DNA of 64,000 nucleotides, from positions 168,164-232,163 of the forward strand of contig CAWHWX010000019.1 of the NCBI GenBank assembly GCA_963833125.1. Reading direction: 5' to 3'. This stretch comes from Candidatus Bathyarchaeota archaeon. Its GTDB lineage: Archaea > Thermoproteota > Bathyarchaeia > 40CM-2-53-6. Of the stretch, positions 58,059-64,000 are shown piece by piece. Position numbers and translations under genes: made by a program. The notes under the pieces are model-generated. The model was not told the DNA's origin. It did no database searches and saw nothing but the letters and a program-made list of their open reading frames with translations. How positions within the stretch are numbered: the stretch's first letter is position 1; the number at the start of each line of letters is the position of its first letter.

Positions 58059-59024
58059 CTACTCGTGGCCCAAGACTCGGTGGGGTTTGTATGGTTCCTC
58101 AAGCCTCACCATGTCATCAGCGCTCAGTTTGAGTTCGACTGCCGCCGCAGCGTCCTCCACATGTTTGACCTTCGAGGCACCGACGATTGGTGCAGTCACT
58201 CCTTTGTGAAGAAGCCACGAAATCCCTACTTGAGCTACGGAAACATCTTTTTCCTTAGCGATCGCTGCCGCGCTTTCGAGGACATCGAAGTCTTCCGGTC
58301 GGAAGAAACGTCCAGTGAGAAGTTCATCGGACTTGTACCTTACTGCGTCAGAAGTCTCGCCGCGCTTGTATTTTCCTGACAAGAATCCTTTTGCGAGGGG
58401 GCTCCAAGGTATGAGTCCTACTCCTTCTTCTTTACATAATGGATTCATTTCGCGTTCCTCTTCCCGATAGCATAAGTTGTAGTGGTTCTGCATGCTCACG
58501 AATCTCTCTAACCCAAGACGGTCGCTTGTCGAGAGCGCTTTCGCGAATTGCCAGGCCCACATGCTTGACGCGCCAATGTAACGCACCTTACCCTCATGGA
58601 CCAAGTCATCGAGTGTGCGAAGAGTTTCTTCGATCGGAGTTTCGTAGTCCCATCTATGCGTCTGATACAGGTCAACGTGATCCGTCTGCAGTCGGCTGAG
58701 TGACTTTTCGATTTGCGTGAGTATATGTGCTCGTGAAAGACCGTGCTGGTTGGGCTTGTCTCCAATTGGGAAATAGACTTTCGTGGCTATTACCACATCA
58801 TCACGATGCTCCTTCAACAACTCTCCAGTTATCTCTTCTGAGCGACCGCTTGAGTAGTAGTTTGCAGTATCGAAGAAGTTGATGCCCAATTCTATGGCAC
58901 GATTTACGATCAGACGAGCCGGTTCGAGTTCTACCATCCAAGGTTTCTCACTGCCAAATGACATGCAACCGATGCAGATCCGTGAAACCTTGGCCCCAGC
59001 TTTCCCTAGACGAGTATATTGCAT
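58059..59024 (-). CDS. Aldo/keto reductase
   Basis: GINFFDTANYY..G.SE, IATKV, SL.RLQTD.VDLYQ.HR, WSPLA.G.L. Confidence 0.93.
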   Translation of the reverse strand: MQYTRLGKAGAKVSRICIGCMSFGSEKPWMVELEPARLIVNRAIELGINFFDTANYYSSGRSEEITGELLKEHRDDVVIATKVYFPIGDKPNQHGLSRAHILTQIEKSLSRLQTDHVDLYQTHRWDYETPIEETLRTLDDLVHEGKVRYIGASSMWAWQFAKALSTSDRLGLERFVSMQNHYNLCYREEEREMNPLCKEEGVGLIPWSPLAKGFLSGKYKRGETSDAVRYKSDELLTGRFFRPEDFDVLESAAAIAKEKDVSVAQVGISWLLHKGVTAPIVGASKVKHVEDAAAAVELKLSADDMVRLEEPYKPHRVLGHE

Positions 59025-59479
59025 GGCTGCCACGTATCCGCTTTCAACATTTAATGGCTCTCGTATTCTAAAAGGCCAGAACGCAACGGTCGCATTATGA
59101 GGGTCTCAGGAAGGCAACCAGTATCCCTACTTCAATTCCTGTGAAGAGAAGAAACGCGCAAACCTCTCCCCAGGTCTTTGACCGTTTCGCAAGCGATGGC
59201 CCTACACGGAAAGCTGCGTAGAGGACCCAGCCGATGGTCAATACGGCTGCGAGCAAAACATAGTTGACCATGGTTCCGCCGTAGCCATATGGGAGAGTGA
59301 ACTAATTTCAAATTTTCGGAACCGAGACATTCAGCAACATCAATTAGTATACAACAGGTCGAACGACGATGTGTATGGATAATCGTCAGCCACTCTCGCA
59401 TGGGCAGGCGATGAAACTTGGCGGCTCAGACACAGTCTATAATAGGAGCTGCATCGCATTTTGGTCAAGTGACCCTATC

Positions 59480-61405
59480 TTGAATGGCTACATGGGTAAG
59501 ATTCTTCGAGTCAACCTCTCAACCGGAAAGATTAGCACTGAACCTCTTCAGGATGATGTCGCCCGGAAATATATCGGTGGCAGAGGGTTATCAGCGAAAA
59601 TATTGTTTGACGAACTGAAACCGGGGATCGACCCACTTGGTCCGGAGAACAAGTTAGTGGTGGCGTCCGGCCCGATGGGAGCGATTCCATTTTCGGGCAA
59701 CAGTCGATTCAGCGTTTGCGCTAAGTCGCCTCTGGGAGTGGGATGGGGCGAATCATATAGTGGTGGCTACATGTCTCCTAAGATTAAGCAGTCTGGTTTT
59801 GACGCATTCATAATTGAAGGTGCCTCAAAGACACCTGTCTGGCTCTATGTGCACGAAGGGAATGCTGAGCTTCGGGACGCATCGAAGTATTGGGGGAAAT
59901 CCACTGAGGAGGCTGAGAATGGCATCAAGAAAGAGTTAGGTGATACTGACAAGCGGCAAACAAGCGTCGCCACGATCGGACAGGCTGGCGAAAAGAAAGT
60001 GCGATTCGCTGCAATCATGAACGACCTCCGCGAGGCTGTAGGCCGGTCGGGCATGGGCGCAGTTATGGGATCAAAGAAACTGAAGGCTTGGGGATGCAAA
60101 GGGAGCCAGAAGGTTCCAGTTCATGATGATGCGAAGCTGAAGGAATACATTAGGCAATGCGTGACTGAGGTCAAGAAAGGCCCATACATTAAACCACTTC
60201 GCGACTTCGGTACGAATGGCGACACGGACGACTTGAACGCCTCGGGAAGGCTTCCGACCAAGAACTTTTCGCGAGGAACATTCGAAGGAGCAGACAAGCT
60301 TACTGGAGAGACGATGGTGAGTAGCGGATTGCTGGTCGGTAGGGACACTTGCTGGGCCTGCTCGACAAACTGCAAGCGGGTTGTTGACGGGAAGGAGCCA
60401 TACCTACTCGACCGGGAGGTAGGTGGCCAGGAGTATGAAACCTCAACCGCGTTCGGCTCTTATTGTTTAAACAGTGACATGTACGCAGTTGCAAAGGCCA
60501 ATCAACTCTGCAACCTGTACGGTATGGATACGATCTCGACTGGCGTTGTCGTAGGGTTCGCTATGGAAGCGTACGAGAAAGGAATCATCACTAAAGAACA
60601 GACCGGTGGGCTTGAGATCAAATGGGGAAGCCCAGACGCCATAATCAAATTGGTTGAACTGATCGGAAACCGAGAAGGGATTGGTGACCTTTTGGGTGAA
60701 GGGGTTTGGAGGGCTGCCCAGAAGTTAGGGAAAGGTGCAGAAGACTTCGCAATTCATGTGAAAGGGCGTGAGGTTCCAATGCATGAGCATCGTGGTAAGC
60801 GGAACGTGGGCTTGATGTATGCCGTTGGAGATAGAGGTGCTTGCCATATGGAATGGGAACATGATGATTACTGGGAGGCAGACACCTACCTTAAGCCTGA
60901 ACTTGGAATGGTGGCCGCAGAGCTGCCCAATCGCACGTTGCTGGATTATGGGCCGAGCAAAACTAAGCTCGCGAAAATTCTAGCGGATCTCTGGTCGATG
61001 TGCAACAGCCTGGTCGTATGCGTCTTCGACATATACCCCGGAGGAGGAATCGAACACTCAACCTTACTGGGGATTCTGAATGCGGCGACGGGCTGGGACA
61101 TGACCATGAAAGAGTACATGCAAGCAGGCGAACGAGCAATCGACCTGAGTCGAGCTTTCAACGCCCGAGAGGGCTTGACAAGGGACGACGACACGCTACC
61201 CAAGCGACTAATGGAGCCACTCCCCGACGGAGCATTCGCTGGCAAACCCTTCGGCCAAGACATACTCGACACAATGCTCGACAACTACTACGAACTTCGA
61301 GGATGGGACAAGAAAACTGGGATGCCGACTAGGGCCAAACTTGAAACGATCGGTCTCGGACAAGTTGCCGACCAACTCGAGAAGATGCACCTACTCCCCA
61401 ACTAA
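59480..61405 (+). CDS. Aldehyde:ferredoxin oxidoreductase family (W/Mo) enzyme
   Basis: GYMGKILRVNLS, KSPL, GR.GMGAVMGSK.LK, CWACSTNC, EYET, GMDTISTG, YY.LRGWD. Confidence 0.93.
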   Translation: MNGYMGKILRVNLSTGKISTEPLQDDVARKYIGGRGLSAKILFDELKPGIDPLGPENKLVVASGPMGAIPFSGNSRFSVCAKSPLGVGWGESYSGGYMSPKIKQSGFDAFIIEGASKTPVWLYVHEGNAELRDASKYWGKSTEEAENGIKKELGDTDKRQTSVATIGQAGEKKVRFAAIMNDLREAVGRSGMGAVMGSKKLKAWGCKGSQKVPVHDDAKLKEYIRQCVTEVKKGPYIKPLRDFGTNGDTDDLNASGRLPTKNFSRGTFEGADKLTGETMVSSGLLVGRDTCWACSTNCKRVVDGKEPYLLDREVGGQEYETSTAFGSYCLNSDMYAVAKANQLCNLYGMDTISTGVVVGFAMEAYEKGIITKEQTGGLEIKWGSPDAIIKLVELIGNREGIGDLLGEGVWRAAQKLGKGAEDFAIHVKGREVPMHEHRGKRNVGLMYAVGDRGACHMEWEHDDYWEADTYLKPELGMVAAELPNRTLLDYGPSKTKLAKILADLWSMCNSLVVCVFDIYPGGGIEHSTLLGILNAATGWDMTMKEYMQAGERAIDLSRAFNAREGLTRDDDTLPKRLMEPLPDGAFAGKPFGQDILDTMLDNYYELRGWDKKTGMPTRAKLETIGLGQVADQLEKMHLLPN

Positions 61406-61567
61406 TCTGATCCCAGAACATGTACCTGTTCATGCACATAACCCAAAATCAAGGCATCGCTTCCACCGAAGCAAATTGGTTCACATGACCTCTGCCGTTC
61501 CAGATCCCTGATGTATGCAACATAAGATTTTATTGCCGCTTCACCCCAGCAACGGTTTCAGATAGCT

Positions 61568-61819
61568 TTGAGTACCGTCAAAGTGGCACTCGTCTACCTC
61601 GGCGCAGCACGCGAGGCCGTCGGCACAAAGGAAGAAGAGTTCATTTGCCCGAACCCGCGAAGATTGAGCAAGCGGTTTCCCAGGCCATGACCGCCCACCC
61701 TAAACTCTCCGAACTGAAGGAGACACTCAAACTTCTCGTTAACGGACGGTGGGCAAAAGAGAACGAGGAATTGAAAGATGGAGACCGAGTCACTCTTGCC
61801 GCCAGTAGGCGGCGGCTAA
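61568..61819 (+). CDS. MoaD/ThiS sulfur carrier (SAMP-like), two apparent frameshifts
   Basis: YLGAAREAVG.KEE, LLVNG, LKDGDRV, and terminal PPVGGG* reconstructed across frames. Confidence 0.85.
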
Positions 61820-61939
61820 GCAGATCCAATTTTACCTCACGTAACTGACCAATTTAACTAAGTCTTCTTAGGGTAACGTTACGTTGTCGGTTGATGAACG
61901 AAATTCTTGTGGCTGTTACCAAACGGTTAATGACAAAGC

Positions 61940-62386
61940 TTAGTTTCGGGTTTTGCGTCTGATTAAGCCGTACCCGATTATGGTGAGGATCGTGAGTAAT
62001 GCTAGTCCTAACGGGTATTCAGGAATTGGGGTGGTTGAAGTGGTTGTTGTGCTTGTAACTGCGGGTATGACAGTGAAACTGATACACCCTCCATCAGGGC
62101 TGCTTTCGTGGTATTGACCAGCGGTTGGTAAGGTGAGAGTATAAGGACTGTTCCCACTCGAAATAGAACAAGTTGTACTGCAACCGCAAGCTCCAAACAC
62201 GAGAATGACAGTAATGCCAGAACGGCTGGAAGTTATCGTGAATGGTTGACCAGCTACTGGCGGGTTAGGTGAAAACGAGATCAATGCCCAAACCTGCCCC
62301 ACATTAACGAAAACAAACAACACAAACAGAACAAAGCCTAACGGCGCAAGAAACCGCCCCTTACCCAAACTCGCAAACCCAAGCAC
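61940..62386 (-). CDS. Small secreted protein with Thr-rich linker and PEF-CTERM-like sorting tail
   Basis: Signal peptide; Cys-containing beta domain; TSTTTTSTT; IPEYP + TM helix + basic RRK tail. Confidence 0.7.
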   Translation of the reverse strand: MLGFASLGKGRFLAPLGFVLFVLFVFVNVGQVWALISFSPNPPVAGQPFTITSSRSGITVILVFGACGCSTTCSISSGNSPYTLTLPTAGQYHESSPDGGCISFTVIPAVTSTTTTSTTPIPEYPLGLALLTILTIIGYGLIRRKTRN

Positions 62387-62638
62387 CGAGGGCGTGCGGT
62401 GAGAATTTAAGACTTATTCAGTTCTTACGCTTCGCTTAGAAGCGTTCTGAATCAAAGTCAACCACTTATCATTCCCTTTGACCTCGATTCCCGCTTTCTC
62501 AGCAGGGGTTTGACCTTTCAACGCCATGTGTGGTCGAATGTAGTTGTGGTAAAATCTGGATCCATCTGAGAATTGCTGCATCTGATTTCGGTTGTAACGC
62601 TGGGTTACGACTGAGGAAGAAAGGAGGAGTTTATTTTC

Positions 62639-63028
62639 TCACCGCATTTTTCCAACCGTCTTCAACACTGAGAATGCGGTCTTGTGTCTAGCTTCGGTTA
62701 ACTCGCTGATTCTTCGAAACTTCATGGCATCAACTACTGAACCTTTCACGGCGTATTTTTTCATCACGTATGCCTCATCTGGGTCAAGTTTTCCGGTTAT
62801 GACGTCGAAGAAAGCGTCTGACCGGCCCGATAATACCACATCTGGGTTCTCGACTTTGCCGTTGTGGAAGCTTGCGGCGGCGTTAGCTATTTGGAGATAG
62901 AAGGGATCCTCGCCGATCAAGTCAAATTGGATGACTGAACTCCAATCGTCCAAAATCGCCTTAGTCTGACTTGTGGGTCCGATGAATTTTGATAAGGCCT
63001 GAATTGCGCGACCGCATTTTCCAGTCAT
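62639..63028 (-). CDS. SCP2 sterol/lipid-binding domain protein
   Basis: IQFDL.G...FY..I......G....PDV.L......F.....GKLDP..AY......VKG......KF. Confidence 0.85.
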   Translation of the reverse strand: MTGKCGRAIQALSKFIGPTSQTKAILDDWSSVIQFDLIGEDPFYLQIANAAASFHNGKVENPDVVLSGRSDAFFDVITGKLDPDEAYVMKKYAVKGSVVDAMKFRRISELTEARHKTAFSVLKTVGKMR

Positions 63029-63106
63029 TTACTACCAAGTCGCTTTGCCTCGCCACGGCGTAGATAAAGATTAAAGACGAATCTTACCAAGGCATTGAAG
63101 TTTACA

Positions 63107-64000
63107 ATGCTGAACGAAACGTCTGCGGTCGAGTTCAGAGCGATCGGAAAACCGCTACCTCGCCTGGGGGCTGAGGAGGTGGTGACAGGGAGCGCCGTTT
63201 ACGTTTACGATATGGAATTACCACGCATGCTGCACGGGGCGATTAAACGCAGCACTCTCCCCCATGCAGAAATTCTGTCCGTAGACAAATCTCGAGCTGA
63301 AGGGCTGCCCGGAGTTTCGCGGTCATCACTAGTCAAGATATCCCAACTGGGCGAAGAGGGCGCGGTCTCTGATGATACGCCCACTCTTGCTCAGGTCAGA
63401 GTTAGATATGTGGGGGAGCCGATCGCGGCGGTTGCCGCGGAGACTCCAGAGTTGGCTCGGGAAGCCGCTGAGCTAATCCAAGTCAAATACAAAGAGTTAG
63501 AGCCAATCTTCGACCCCGTTGAGGCCGTTAAAGAAAACCCATCTGTAATTATCCATCCCGACCTGCCTCACTACAAACGCTTTCAATCGCAAATCTACCG
63601 AGCGGCTCTTGACCCTGCAAGGCCGAATGTGAGTAATCGATTCAAAGTAAGGCAGGGGGACGTTGTTCAGGGCTTCAAAGACGCCGACCTCATCGTCGAG
63701 AACACCTTCCGCACTCATGCTGTGCAGCACATGCACATCGAACCAATCGCTACAATAGCCTTGGCCGAACCGGATGGGATGCTAGTTGTATGGACGGCGG
63801 GACAGAATGTTTACCGCGCCCGAAAGGAACTCAGCGACGGCCTGGGGATCCCTCAATCCAAAATCCGAGTCATTGTCCCCGCGTACGTAGGCGGGGGGTT
63901 CGGAAACAAAGGCCAGACTCACTCAGAGCTTATCTGCGCCTGTCTAGCCCTTAAGACCCGCAGGCCCGTCAAAGTTACTTTCACTCGCGAGGAAGTGTTC
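63107..64000 (+). CDS. Xanthine dehydrogenase/CoxL-family molybdopterin-binding subunit (runs off window; frameshifted)
   Basis: Own translation: IGKPLPR....VVTGSAVY..D..LP.MLHG..RS.LPHA.I, VRYVGEPIAAVAA, H..IEP, GGGFG.K, RPVK. Confidence 0.9.
   Translation, partial: MLNETSAVEFRAIGKPLPRLGAEEVVTGSAVYVYDMELPRMLHGAIKRSTLPHAEILSVDKSRAEGLPGVSRSSLVKISQLGEEGAVSDDTPTLAQVRVRYVGEPIAAVAAETPELAREAAELIQVKYKELEPIFDPVEAVKENPSVIIHPDLPHYKRFQSQIYRAALDPARPNVSNRFKVRQGDVVQGFKDADLIVENTFRTHAVQHMHIEPIATIALAEPDGMLVVWTAGQNVYRARKELSDGLGIPQSKIRVIVPAYVGGGFGNKGQTHSELICACLALKTRRPVKVTFTREEVF

Noticed and set aside
59132-59479. 89-aa minus-strand ORF and long N-terminal extension of the AOR ORF
   Set aside because: No protein-like motifs; AOR homology begins at about 59480, so this is treated as intergenic.
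63365-63376. TGA in the xdh-like gene as possible selenocysteine
   Set aside because: Homologous sequence continues in a different frame (DDTPTLA..VRYVGEP), so this is an indel rather than read-through.
1-64000. CRISPR arrays, rRNA, tRNA, transposases, inteins
   Set aside because: No regularly spaced repeats, rRNA or tRNA structures, DDE/HUH transposase ORFs or intein-sized insertions were seen by eye.

Overview
Archaeal chromosomal DNA, most consistent with a TACK/Bathyarchaeia-like organism. This is inferred from the gene set (GatDE, Elp3, NucS, fibrillarin/Nop5, Trm1, an RPC34/TFE-beta homologue, a CFI-box-CTERM surface protein) and was not checked against a database. The window mostly holds housekeeping genes (nucS, Sm, elp3, gatDE, glmS, purA, pyrG, asnS, folD, argF, lig, rlmE, trm1, rnhB, flpA, nop5). 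It also has accessory blocks: a stand-alone, enlarged NurA plus HerA pair; FTCD-FolD; a GT4/(alpha/alpha)6/GH130 sugar cluster; a BNR-propeller plus ubiquitin-like pair; RimK plus a protease; and a Mo/W redox cluster at the right end. Many essential genes carry single-base frameshifts, almost certainly long-read or assembly indels. Features found by reading the DNA that the ORF track misses: (1) a ~188-bp MITE-like element in two inverted copies (6234-6421 and 44279-44465) with TIRs and 6-bp target duplications, plus possible degenerate relatives; (2) a box C/D guide sRNA candidate (36643-36714, minus strand) whose D guide fits the conserved 16S AUACCC region; (3) a 34-aa Tyr/Trp-rich micro-ORF with a Shine-Dalgarno site; (4) an 18-bp operator-like motif present both upstream of an ArsR gene and inside its own 3' end; (5) several genes shorter than 60 aa. 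No tRNA, rRNA, CRISPR array or transposase was seen.
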